Of a stretch of DNA of 34,571 nucleotides, positions 24,768 through 34,060 are shown in pieces. Position numbers and translations under genes: made by a program. The notes beneath the pieces are model-generated. The model saw only the letters and a list, made by a program, of their open reading frames with translations. It searched no databases and was not told the DNA's origin. Position 1 is the first letter of the stretch, and each line of letters starts with the position of its first letter. The stretch lies in assembly GCA_031372065.1 (NCBI GenBank), contig JANMKN010000296.1, positions 1 to 34,571 of the forward strand. The letters are read 5' to 3'. Source of the DNA: Abditibacteriaceae bacterium (lineage in GTDB: Bacteria; Armatimonadota; Abditibacteriia; Abditibacteriales; Abditibacteriaceae).

Positions 24768-26330
24768 TCAATCTTCATAGGGCGCGCGCTGCAAGATTCG
24801 GTGCGTTACATAATAAAGAATCTCGCCCAAACAAAACAAAAGTAGCGCGCGCCCCAAAGTAGCGAGTGCGCCAAGCGATTGCCAGTTTTGCCACGGCGGT
24901 TGCAGCAGCCACCATGCAAAGAGCGCGATGATCGTCCCGTTGAGTGCCGCGCTGCTTTTTTTGCAGAGCGCCGAAAAGCAAAGGCCGATATTCGCGCCGA
25001 GCCAAACCGCGCCGAATGTGAGAGCCAGTGTCGGCATGGTCAGGGAAAGCGGCAGGCGAAGGGAACACGCCATCCAAAAAGGCACCATCCCCAGCGACCA
25101 ATAAGCAATGCCGAGCAACACGCCGCCGAGTTTGCCGCCGATAATTTCGCCGTGACTCAAAGGCGTCAGCCACAGAAACGGCCAATGCCCACTTTCGCGC
25201 TCGCGTGTAAATGTTCCGGCTGCGGTCAGCGTGGCAGCGATTGTTACCCAAATCAGCCACGGATAAGAAACCATCCACCACAGTTCTTTGCTGCGCGATG
25301 GCTCGAACCACGCCATCAAAGTCATCGGCAAAAAATAAATCGAAAAACCTATCAAGCTCAACGTGATAAGCACATCGTTGGTTGTGTTATCGCCGCTCCA
25401 TTTGAAATGCAAACGCCTTTGCGCTTCGTGTTGCAAAATCGGGTTGGCGAAATGCAATCGCGAAAGAGAAGGTGCAGGAATTTGCCGCGCGGTTGTGCTG
25501 GCGGTGTCGGCCATCATTGCTGGGATTGTGTTCAACACTTCCATCGGCGTCGAAACCGAAAACGTATCGGGCGGTTGTTCGAGCAATGGCTTTGCGGCGA
25601 TTGGCGCGGCGTTTTTGAGTTGGCGTTGCGCGATGGCGACGTGAATCAGTAAAAACAACAGGCAAAGCCAATTGGGAGCGTCTATTTGCGCCTGCACCAG
25701 ATAAAGCGAGGCGATTATAGGGCTAATCGGCACGCAGCAGCAGATAGGAATCGCCATTAAAAATTGCGCGTATAAGCCGCGAAAAAGAGCCTGCGCGATG
25801 GCCTGACCGCTGTTTTTGCTGTGCGCCGAGGCCATCATGCCGAAACTGAGGCCCGAAAGCGCCGTGCCGAGATGAAGCACCATCGAGGCGAGAAATTCAC
25901 TGGGCGAAACGCCGCCGAGCAAAAAGCACAACGCAATCGCCGGAAGCGGCACCAAAAGCAGTAAAACCACCAGCGACAGCGCGCCGAGCATTTTGCCGTT
26001 TATGATTTCGCGCGCCGTGAGATGCGAAAGCAATAGCGTGTCCAGCAGTCCTTTTTCGCGTTCGGCGGCCAAAGCGCCCGAAGTCAGAAGCGGGCCGAGA
26101 AAAATCCAACCTATAGTTTGCGTCATGGTCAGCGTGGCCCAAATATCGTGGCCCAATTTCGCTGTGTCGTCGCCTATTTTCGGCGAATCATAAACTTCCC
26201 AGCCCACCGCCGCCGCGATGACCACCGCATAGGCCACCACTAAAACAAACGCCACCGGATGACGCCATCGCACCAGCATTTCGCGCCGAAAAACCGGATT
26301 TTGATACCACGAAAGCGTTTGGAATGACAT
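24768..26330 (-). CDS. ABC-2 type transporter permease with two tandem permease domains
   Basis: Duplicated motifs NPVFRRE...AAEREKGLLDTLLLSHL...IINGK and NPILQHE...TRERESGHWPFLWLTPL...IIGGK; many TM helices. Confidence 0.85.
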   Translation of the reverse strand: MSFQTLSWYQNPVFRREMLVRWRHPVAFVLVVAYAVVIAAAVGWEVYDSPKIGDDTAKLGHDIWATLTMTQTIGWIFLGPLLTSGALAAEREKGLLDTLLLSHLTAREIINGKMLGALSLVVLLLLVPLPAIALCFLLGGVSPSEFLASMVLHLGTALSGLSFGMMASAHSKNSGQAIAQALFRGLYAQFLMAIPICCCVPISPIIASLYLVQAQIDAPNWLCLLFLLIHVAIAQRQLKNAAPIAAKPLLEQPPDTFSVSTPMEVLNTIPAMMADTASTTARQIPAPSLSRLHFANPILQHEAQRRLHFKWSGDNTTNDVLITLSLIGFSIYFLPMTLMAWFEPSRSKELWWMVSYPWLIWVTIAATLTAAGTFTRERESGHWPFLWLTPLSHGEIIGGKLGGVLLGIAYWSLGMVPFWMACSLRLPLSLTMPTLALTFGAVWLGANIGLCFSALCKKSSAALNGTIIALFAWWLLQPPWQNWQSLGALATLGRALLLFCLGEILYYVTHRILQRAPYED

Positions 26331-26496
26331 TTTCCCGTTTCATTTTAGCGCCGCTTGCCATATTTTCCGAATCGGCGTAGTCTGCTTGGTTACGGGCAGC
26401 AAGTGTGCAAGGATTCGCGTTTGCCCAAGGTTCTGCCATTTCTTTTGGCCTTGTGTGTCTTATACTCTGCTTAACAGGACGGAAGGAAGTCAGAAC

Positions 26497-28113
26497 ATGA
26501 ACAAGAAATTTCTTTTGCTTCGCCTTACACCTCTCACGCGTTGTGGATTGATAGCCGGTGCGTTATGGGTAAGTGCGAGTTCGCAGTTGGTCAACGCGGC
26601 AGAGGCCGTGCCCGATACATCCACTGTCACGGCAGGCCCGGCGCAAGCCGCGATGACTGCCGATGCGGTGCAGGAAGCCTTTGTGCGCGTGGCGGAAAAA
26701 ATCAAGCCCAGCGTGGTGACGATTTATGTGGAGCGCGCTCGCAAAGCGGAGTCAGTGGCCAAACCCGATGGCAAGCCGGACAAAAATGCTCCAAAAAACA
26801 AATTACCCGACCCGGACGATGAAGAAGAGCCGTTTTTGCCGTTTGGCCCCAAAGACCCGCACGAGCGCTTGACCAGTCTCGGCACCGGCATGGTTGTCAG
26901 CAGCGACGGCTATATTCTCACCAATCATCACGTCATCAAAGGCGCGAGTTTTGTGCGCGTTTATTTCAACGCCGACAGCGAACGGCCTGACCGCGCAGCG
27001 GCGCGCATCATCGCGGCAGATGCCGAAAGCGACCTCGCAATTATCAAAGTAGATCGCGAAGGTTTGACGCCCGTGCAATGGGCCGATTCCGACAAAGTGC
27101 GTATCGGCGAATGGAGCATCGCTATTGGGTCGCCGTTTGATCAAGCGCAAAGCGTGACTGTGGGCGTGGTCAGCGCCAAAGGACGGCATTTGGAAGGCTC
27201 CGGCAAGCCCAGCATTCCCGATTACATTCAAACCGATGCCTCCATTAACCCCGGCAATTCAGGCGGGCCGTTGGTCAATCTCGATGGCAAGGTTATCGGC
27301 ATCAACACGGCGATTCTTTCGCCCTCGCGCTTCAATGTTGGCATTGGTTTTTCGTTGCCGTCCAATACTATCAAGGAAGAATTGCCGATTTTGATGGAAG
27401 GAAAAGCCGTAAAACGCGGCTTTTTAGGCATTCAATATGTGCCGTTGGAAAGTTTAGTGGCGCGCGAATTTGGTGTGGATGGCGGAATGCAAATCGGCGC
27501 CTTGGGCAAAGATTCGCCCGCTGGCAAAGCTGGCTTGCAAGTAGACGACATCATTACCGCCATCAACGGGAAAAGTGTGGCGGGGAGCGATGAATTTCGC
27601 CGCACGGTAGTGCGTCAGGCACCGGGCAATAAATTAACGCTCACGGTCATGCGCCCTTCGGACACCGTGGAAAAGCCCAAAGATTACGTTGTGACATTGG
27701 GCGATTGGGCCGCCGGAACGGGCAGCACGTTAGAATTGCCTGTTCTCAGCCAGCTTCCTGATGGCACTAAATTGGGCCTTGTGGTGGAGAACGCCGAGAA
27801 AATTTCTGTGGCCGAACGTGAATTATTTGGCCTCGAAACCAAATCAAAAGGCGTTTACATTTTAGATGTTTTGCCCGGCTCGCCCGCTGATGATTCGCAA
27901 GTTAGTCGCGGCTTGAAAGTGTTGCGAATGCGCGTTTCGGGCGGTGCGTGGCAAGATGTGATCAATAAAGTGAATTATGATCGCATCGAGAAAGCACTCG
28001 CGAGTGGCGAGCGGGTTTTGATTCAGTTCAAAGACCGCGATGATGTCAGTGTTTATAAAGTGCTGATTCTCGCCAAAACAGCCGGCAAAACCGCTAAAAC
28101 TGTGACCGGTTAA
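26497..28113 (+). CDS. HtrA/DegP-family serine protease with PDZ domains
   Basis: Signal peptide from ATG 26497; catalytic triad LTNHHV / SDLAIIK / INPGNSGGP; PDZ GFLGI...SPAGKAGL and a second degenerate PDZ. Confidence 0.95.
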   Translation: MNKKFLLLRLTPLTRCGLIAGALWVSASSQLVNAAEAVPDTSTVTAGPAQAAMTADAVQEAFVRVAEKIKPSVVTIYVERARKAESVAKPDGKPDKNAPKNKLPDPDDEEEPFLPFGPKDPHERLTSLGTGMVVSSDGYILTNHHVIKGASFVRVYFNADSERPDRAAARIIAADAESDLAIIKVDREGLTPVQWADSDKVRIGEWSIAIGSPFDQAQSVTVGVVSAKGRHLEGSGKPSIPDYIQTDASINPGNSGGPLVNLDGKVIGINTAILSPSRFNVGIGFSLPSNTIKEELPILMEGKAVKRGFLGIQYVPLESLVAREFGVDGGMQIGALGKDSPAGKAGLQVDDIITAINGKSVAGSDEFRRTVVRQAPGNKLTLTVMRPSDTVEKPKDYVVTLGDWAAGTGSTLELPVLSQLPDGTKLGLVVENAEKISVAERELFGLETKSKGVYILDVLPGSPADDSQVSRGLKVLRMRVSGGAWQDVINKVNYDRIEKALASGERVLIQFKDRDDVSVYKVLILAKTAGKTAKTVTG

Positions 28114-28156
28114 GCAGTGGTGTAAGCACCGCATTCTGTGAGGGAAATTGATGATT

Positions 28157-28186
28157 AAAAGGGACGGCTAACCCCGTCCCTTTTTT
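28157..28186 (+). terminator. Intrinsic terminator after htrA
   Basis: AAAAGGGACGG-ctaacc-CCGTCCCTTTTTT. Confidence 0.85.
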
Positions 28187-30461
28187 GGTATTTGTGGACT
28201 CGGCTTCTCTTTATTTTATTCCTTCGTGGTTCGTTTTTTTCTGGCTGCTTGGCTGGGTTTTGCTGCCCACTATGCGGTCTATTTTTGCGTCTTTGCCAGA
28301 CGCGGGCCTTGCGGCGGGCCGGATGTTATTTTTGGCGATGCTCGGCCTCGTTTTATATTGGGGCGCTTCGCTGCGCGCTATCTCGCTGACGTGGGAACCC
28401 TATTTTTTCTGGCTGTCTCCTCTGCTTTTTTTGTGGCCGCTGCGCAGCAAAAGCGGGCGCGCGGAATGGCGACAATGGCTCAAAGAAAACCGGCGCGCGC
28501 TGTTGTTTTCCGATGCGATTTTTAGCGCCGCGTTTTTGTTTTTCGTTTGGGTGCGGGCGCGGCATCCCGAATTAAACGATCTCGAAAAAATGATGGACAG
28601 CGCGCTGCTCGGCGTGTTGTCGCGCACAGAGTGGCTGCCTGTTGAAAATCCGTGGTTCAGTGGCTCGGCGCTGACGAATTATTATCACTTCGGGCCGTTT
28701 TTGGGCGCCTTGCCGGTGCGCGCTTTCGGCACGCCGCTGCCGATTGCCTATAATCTGGTGCAGCCGATTTTTTGCGCCTTGTTTTTATCGGTTTTATGGT
28801 CACTGGGCGCGGCCTTGGCCGGTTCAAAATGGCGCGGCATCGCGGTTGTGCTTTTGGTGGCGTTACTCGGCCATTTCGAGCCGGTTCGTCAATGGAAAAA
28901 TCCGTTGCCGTATGCCGAGATTAATTTTGCGCATCTCGACTGGTGGAGCACTTCGCGCGTTTTGCCGGACATCGAACCGGAAAAACGGCCCGATGGCAGC
29001 GATATTCCGCCTTCGCCGCTGGAATATTCACGCCTTTGGAAAGGCTTAAACAAAGCGCCGTGGACAACGAATGTAGACCATCAATGGTTTGCCATCAGTG
29101 AATACCCGGCGTTTACGCTGTTCACCGGCGATTTACACGCGCATTTTTACGCTTTACCGCTGTCGGCGCTGTTTTTTTCTTTGTGTTACGCGCTTTTCGG
29201 CGCGCGCAGCAGCAAACGGTGGAACTTATTGATTTTAATCGGCTTGGTGTTGGGCGTTTTCGCCATGACCAACACTTGGGACGTGCCGCTTTACGCGCTT
29301 TTGGCGCTGGCCTGCGCGATGTTCGCGGCGATGCCGTGGGCGAAGCGAAGGCCGATTCTGCTGGCGCAATCGTGGATTCTTCTGCCGCTGGTGCCGTGGG
29401 CGGCGTTTCCGTATTTGCTGCATTTCAAGCCGCAGATTTCGGGCGTCGAATGGGAAATTTGGCCGCCTGCGCCACTGCCGTTTGTGTTGCTGTGGGGCGG
29501 CTGGCTGGCGTTGTGGTTTCTGTGCGTGTTGCCCTATGTGCCGCGCGAAGCGCCTGCAAGTCGCGGCCATTTATGGATTTTAGCGACGCTTGGTTTTGTG
29601 GCGCTCGGCGCCGTCATGCAAGCAACAGCGCTGGTTTTAGGCGCTTTGGCGCTGACGGCTTACGCGATTTTCCTGCGCAAAAGGCACAATGTAGCGCCGC
29701 GTCAATTCATTTTATTGCTGGGGTTTGTGGGCTTGATTTCGGTTTTTGTGCCGCAAATCGGTTATGTGCATGGCTTTTTCGGCGGCGCCTTGCGACATCA
29801 GGACACGGTTTTCAAATTTGGCTTGCAAGGCTGGCTCATGCTTGGCACGGCGGCCAGTGCGGGCGCGCTGCGTTATATCGGTCAAAGCAAAAAACCAAAA
29901 CTTGGCATGGCCCTTCTCGGCGCGGCTTCGGTTATTCCCCTTTTATGCTCTTTCAGCGTATTGTGGACGCGCACGGTGCGCGATGCGTCGCGCGATGGCA
30001 ACGGGAACCATCTTTTGTCGCTTGATGGCGCGCGTTGGGTGCCCGCTTCAGATCGCGCGGCCTTGAATTGGCTTCAAAAAGCCTCGCAGCCCGGTGATCG
30101 CGTGCTGGAAGCTGTCGGACAAAACGAAAAAGGCGGCATCGGCGGCGATTTTGGCAACACGGGGCGCGTTTCAGCGTATACCGGCCTCATCACGCCATTG
30201 GGCTGGCCGCAACACGTTTGGATGTGGGGCGAAGATTATGGCAACACGGTGCGCCGCTGGGAAACGGTGCGCCGCATTTATCAATGGCCGCTTGATGGTT
30301 CAGCAGAGGAGTTACTGAGTTCACTGCATGTGCAATGGGTGTTTATTGGCGCCGAAGAGCGCCGACTATTTCCCGACGCTGGTTTGCGTCGTTTGCAAGT
30401 GGCGCTGACGCCGGTCTACACCAACGGCGACACTATCGTATTGAAGGCTGAATTCCAATGA
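28185..30461 (+). CDS. DUF2298 / Chlor_Arch_YYY-type membrane protein (probable GT-C fold); exact start uncertain
   Basis: EKMMD, NPWFSG, NYYHFG, WWSTSRV, SEYP...GDLHAH, TNTWD, DTVFKF, SLDG, LGWPQH motifs; polytopic membrane protein. Confidence 0.85.
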   Translation: MVFVDSASLYFIPSWFVFFWLLGWVLLPTMRSIFASLPDAGLAAGRMLFLAMLGLVLYWGASLRAISLTWEPYFFWLSPLLFLWPLRSKSGRAEWRQWLKENRRALLFSDAIFSAAFLFFVWVRARHPELNDLEKMMDSALLGVLSRTEWLPVENPWFSGSALTNYYHFGPFLGALPVRAFGTPLPIAYNLVQPIFCALFLSVLWSLGAALAGSKWRGIAVVLLVALLGHFEPVRQWKNPLPYAEINFAHLDWWSTSRVLPDIEPEKRPDGSDIPPSPLEYSRLWKGLNKAPWTTNVDHQWFAISEYPAFTLFTGDLHAHFYALPLSALFFSLCYALFGARSSKRWNLLILIGLVLGVFAMTNTWDVPLYALLALACAMFAAMPWAKRRPILLAQSWILLPLVPWAAFPYLLHFKPQISGVEWEIWPPAPLPFVLLWGGWLALWFLCVLPYVPREAPASRGHLWILATLGFVALGAVMQATALVLGALALTAYAIFLRKRHNVAPRQFILLLGFVGLISVFVPQIGYVHGFFGGALRHQDTVFKFGLQGWLMLGTAASAGALRYIGQSKKPKLGMALLGAASVIPLLCSFSVLWTRTVRDASRDGNGNHLLSLDGARWVPASDRAALNWLQKASQPGDRVLEAVGQNEKGGIGGDFGNTGRVSAYTGLITPLGWPQHVWMWGEDYGNTVRRWETVRRIYQWPLDGSAEELLSSLHVQWVFIGAEERRLFPDAGLRRLQVALTPVYTNGDTIVLKAEFQ

Positions 30462-30480
30462 ATTTGGCAATGGATTCGAG

Positions 30481-30734
30481 ATGTGACCTCTTCTCCCAGC
30501 CAATGAAGCGCAGCACATAGCGGCCTTGCAGCACTATGAGGTTCTCGACACCTTGCCGGAGCAGGCTTACGATGACATCGCGCCACTGGCTTCGCGGAAA
30601 CCTCGCGCGAGTTTGTGGCGGCCAGCGCTGAAAATATGCTACCGCTTTCCGAACTTGTCGAAAGCGCTGACCGCGCTTTGTATGACGCCAAGCATCAGGG
30701 GCGCAACCGGGTAGTGCGTTTCAAAGAGGCGTGA
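30481..30734 (+). pseudogene. Internally deleted GAF-GGDEF diguanylate cyclase remnant
   Basis: ATG-TGA followed by PLLPANEAQHIAALQHYEVLDTLPEQAYDDIAPLAS (GAF sensor N-terminus), joined out of frame to VAASAENMLPLSELVESADRALYDAKHQGRNRVVRFKEA* (GGDEF-domain C-terminus). Confidence 0.85.
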
Positions 30735-30791
30735 GTTTGGAGCCTGACGGGAACCCGTTTTCAAAAATCTTGTCCGTAAAACAGAAAATAG

Positions 30792-30827
30792 AAGGGCGAA
30801 CCGAAGACAGTGAGGCGGTTCGCCCTT
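30792..30827 (+). promoter_or_regulatory. Leader hairpin upstream of the AAA ATPase RBS
   Basis: AAGGGCGAACCG / CGGTTCGCCCTT, a perfect 12-bp stem followed by gattgtttgt; function unknown. Confidence 0.45.
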
Positions 30828-30847
30828 GATTGTTTGTGGAGGAACTC

Positions 30848-32674
30848 ATGGCTAAGAAAAACCGTCCGCGTGGCGACGCGGATTTCGAAGAAAACGATGA
30901 CCGTGAAGATGTTTCTTTCGGTAGTAATGCCTTTCAGGGCCTGCCTGAAACGCATTTGCAATCGTCGGCGCTGCTTGACGAGATTCTGATGAACTACCCG
31001 CACCCCGATGCGCGGGCGCGGCAGTATTTGATGCTGCTGCGGCACCAACTTGAAACCGATGAGGGGCAGTTTGACGAGGCGCGTCAAGCTCTTGAAGAGT
31101 TTGAAGAGGTTTATAACAAGCTGACCCAACCGGCGAATCGCATTGGTGTTTACATTCACAAGATTGAAGAAGGCACTGGGTCGAAAACCGACAAGAAAAA
31201 ACTTCCTTTTGCCAAGCTGCTCGGCAAAGCCGAAGAGAAGCCGATGCAAAACCACATGGTTGCTGTCGGCGATCAAGAGTTCATCGTCGGTGCCGACCCG
31301 CTGCTGGAAGACACCGACTTCGCTGCGGGCACTCGCGTGAAAGTCAATGAGGCTTATGTTATCGTTGGCGACCTTGGCCCCGCGACAAATGGCCCTGTGG
31401 TCAAGATTAGCGAAGTGCTGGACGATGGTCGTTTGCGTGTGGCGATGGATTCGCAAGGAATGCAGTCGCGTTTGGTTTATCGCGGCGATGCTTTGAAAGA
31501 CCTCGACCTCAAAGCGGGCGATGAGGTTCGCATGGAGCCGAACTTTAAAGTGGCTCTCGAACGCTTTGGGCAAGCTGAAAACAAAGAATACTTTCTTGAC
31601 ACCGTGCCGGAGTTGCCTTGGGAGAAAATCGGCGGTCAAGAAGACGCCATTCAACTCATCAAAGACGCCATCGAACTGCCACTTTTGTATCCCGAACTCT
31701 ATGAGCGCTTTGGCAAGAAGCCTTTGAAAGGCATTCTGCTGTATGGCCCGCCGGGTTGCGGTAAAACGCTGATTGGCAAAGCGACTGCTTACAACGTCAC
31801 GCGCGCTTTTAACGAACGCACTGGTCAGGAATTGAAAGAGTATTTCATGCTCATCAATGGCCCGCAGATTTTGAATATGTGGCTCGGTGAAACGGAGCGA
31901 CAGATTCGTGAAATTTTTCAAGTGGCGCGCGATAAAGCCAAAAGTGGGCACCTTGTTTTCATTTTCATAGACGAAGCGGAGAGTATTCTGCGCACGCGCA
32001 GCGCTGGGCGGTCGGGTTATATCAATAACACCGTTGTTCCGATGTTTTGTGCCGAGATGGACGGCCTTGTGCAGCTGGAAAATGTCATTGTGATGCTGAC
32101 TTCCAACCGTCCCGACTACATTGATCCGGCGATTCTGCGGCCTGAACGCATTGACCGCAAGGTAAAAATCCGTCGCCCCGATAAACATAGCGCACGGCAG
32201 ATTTTTGAAATCTATCTGCACGCCGATTTGCCGTTTTCGCCCGATCTTTTGAAGGAATTCGGCGGTGACAAAGAAAAAGCGCGGCAGGCTTTGGTTGATT
32301 TCGCGATGGAACGGGTCTTCCGCAAGGCGCCTGATACCGAATTTGTCGAGGTTTATACGCGCGCCGGCGGTGTTGAGACGCTGTATTACAAAGATTTGCT
32401 CTCTGGCGCGCTGATTACGAGCCTTGTCGAGCGCGCAAAAGACTTTGCCATCAAGCGTAGCGTGGATGTGAAGTCCTCTAATGAAGGTCTGAGCCGCGAT
32501 GATATGTCTCGTTCGATTGATGCGGAGTTTAAGGAGAACGAGATTTTCCCCAAGACCGACACTTTGGAAGATTGGCTCAAGCTTTTGGACTATGAGCCGG
32601 AGAATGTTGTCACCATCAAGCCGATTCGCCCCGGTGCGCGCGAGAAACACATGTCGCGTAGTGGCGTGATTTAA
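30848..32674 (+). CDS. arc: ARC/Mpa-like proteasome-type AAA ATPase
   Basis: N-terminal coiled coil ending KLTQP, inter-domain (OB-like) region, GILLYGPPGCGKT, INGPQILNMWLGETERQIR, FIDEAE, SNRPDYIDPAILRP, and ARC-specific C-terminal segments ETLYYKDLLSGALI..LVERAK and EFKENEIFP...EDW. GAGG RBS before ATG 30848. Confidence 0.85.
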   Translation: MAKKNRPRGDADFEENDDREDVSFGSNAFQGLPETHLQSSALLDEILMNYPHPDARARQYLMLLRHQLETDEGQFDEARQALEEFEEVYNKLTQPANRIGVYIHKIEEGTGSKTDKKKLPFAKLLGKAEEKPMQNHMVAVGDQEFIVGADPLLEDTDFAAGTRVKVNEAYVIVGDLGPATNGPVVKISEVLDDGRLRVAMDSQGMQSRLVYRGDALKDLDLKAGDEVRMEPNFKVALERFGQAENKEYFLDTVPELPWEKIGGQEDAIQLIKDAIELPLLYPELYERFGKKPLKGILLYGPPGCGKTLIGKATAYNVTRAFNERTGQELKEYFMLINGPQILNMWLGETERQIREIFQVARDKAKSGHLVFIFIDEAESILRTRSAGRSGYINNTVVPMFCAEMDGLVQLENVIVMLTSNRPDYIDPAILRPERIDRKVKIRRPDKHSARQIFEIYLHADLPFSPDLLKEFGGDKEKARQALVDFAMERVFRKAPDTEFVEVYTRAGGVETLYYKDLLSGALITSLVERAKDFAIKRSVDVKSSNEGLSRDDMSRSIDAEFKENEIFPKTDTLEDWLKLLDYEPENVVTIKPIRPGAREKHMSRSGVI

Positions 32675-32688
32675 ATGTTTTGCCTTCG

Positions 32689-32725
32689 AAGCGGGTCGCT
32701 GCATTGTGCAGCGGCCCGCTTTTTT
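32689..32725 (+). terminator. Intrinsic terminator after the AAA ATPase
   Basis: AAGCGGGTCGCTGCA-ttg-TGCAGCGGCCCGCTTTTTT. Confidence 0.9.
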
Positions 32726-32794
32726 ACAATAAGCGACATTAAAAAACAGAATTGCCGCGAGCGCGAGAAGGCATTTTTTCCTATTGTCAGAGTT

Positions 32795-34000
32795 TTATTT
32801 TGCTTGACGCAAGGCATCAAGTTCGCTTAACGGCACTTTGACGACTTCAATTGTGCGTTTGGCGCGTGAATAGGCAATCAGCAAATGGCCGTCGTGTTCG
32901 ATGGCGTGCGGGTATTGATAGGACGAGAAAATCGGCTTAATATATTTGATTTTGCTGGGCGGCGGCGTCACTTTTTCGGGAATGTCTAAGCGTCCCATGC
33001 GCGTGAAGGTAATGCCATCTTCCGAAGTGGAGAGACACAGAGGATTGCGTCCGGTCGGATTGGCATTGGAAATCAGCACATAGTAGCCATGCGAAGTGCG
33101 CAGGCAAAAGAATTTGCTGGTTGCGTCTGGGAAATTGGTCTTTTCGGGTGTTGTCCAAGTGCGCCCGTTGTCTTCCGAGACAGCGCGGTAAAACCGCTTG
33201 GAACCGCAGTTATCGCGGAACAAGCCCAGCAAGCGATTATCCGGCAAAGTCCACCAATCGGGTTCTTCGGCGCGGAAGCGGCCTTTGGTTTGGGAAGTCG
33301 CTAACGGCATCGCCGTCCAATCCAGTGGCGAATCGGTGCCGCCGACTAACAAAGAAATCTGTTTTTTATGATTGCGGCGCAGCATAGCCCACTCGCCATT
33401 GGGCAAAAGTTGCGGCGGGAAATTGTTGATGGCGTCTTTAAACATGGTGCCGAGCGGTTTCCACTGCGCGGTTTCGCTCTGCCATTCCCACGCCATTAAT
33501 TGCAGGCTCTTACCGAAGTAATGCACCCGCTGCGTGACAACAAAGTTAAGATAGGCTTGATCGTAACTGGCGAGCGCTAATAATTTACCATCGCGCACCC
33601 AGAATCCGCGCGCGATATAGCGAAATCCTTTGGAGGTAGAGCGTGGCATGATTTGCTGGGCGGCATTCCAATGCAAACCATCGCTGCTGGTGGCATAGCA
33701 GACAATTTGGCGGGCATGGTCTTCAATAACCGGCCCATTGCTCCACATACACCAGTATTTGCCGTCGAAAAAAGTCAGATAATTATGCAGGCGATAAGGA
33801 GACGACGGTTCACCAAAGGAGACAACGGCGTGTTGGCCTCGCAAAACGGGCAACTGCGCGTAGTTAATGGATGTCGGATTTTCGCCGGTTTGGGGCAAAT
33901 TCAACATCGGCGGCAATTCTTTGGCCTGAGAAGCGGTCAACGCGAAGGAGAGAACAGCCGCCAACGCGGTCAAAAGGGCAGGTTTGTGCAGAGTTTTCAT
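32795..34000 (-). CDS. Secreted BNR/Asp-box repeat (sialidase-fold) protein
   Basis: Signal peptide MKTLHKPALLTALAAVLSFALTASQA; Asp boxes SSDGLHW, SEDNGRTW and SEDGITF; YQYP near the C-terminus. Confidence 0.85.
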   Translation of the reverse strand: MKTLHKPALLTALAAVLSFALTASQAKELPPMLNLPQTGENPTSINYAQLPVLRGQHAVVSFGEPSSPYRLHNYLTFFDGKYWCMWSNGPVIEDHARQIVCYATSSDGLHWNAAQQIMPRSTSKGFRYIARGFWVRDGKLLALASYDQAYLNFVVTQRVHYFGKSLQLMAWEWQSETAQWKPLGTMFKDAINNFPPQLLPNGEWAMLRRNHKKQISLLVGGTDSPLDWTAMPLATSQTKGRFRAEEPDWWTLPDNRLLGLFRDNCGSKRFYRAVSEDNGRTWTTPEKTNFPDATSKFFCLRTSHGYYVLISNANPTGRNPLCLSTSEDGITFTRMGRLDIPEKVTPPPSKIKYIKPIFSSYQYPHAIEHDGHLLIAYSRAKRTIEVVKVPLSELDALRQAK

Positions 34001-34060
34001 ATTGTTGTGGCGTAGAGACTCCTGCTTACGCGGTTGATTTGTGATAAGCACCCCGTCTGG

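Noticed and set aside
29183..30025. 280-aa alternative-frame ORF inside DUF2298, and similar nested ORFs such as 24879-25652
   Set aside because: Arg/Ala-rich off-frame products expected in GC-rich coding DNA, with no motifs.
30761..32704. 647-aa antisense ORF covering the AAA ATPase
   Set aside because: It is the codon-aligned reverse complement of a highly biased gene, with no recognisable motifs; long antisense shadows are common for such genes.
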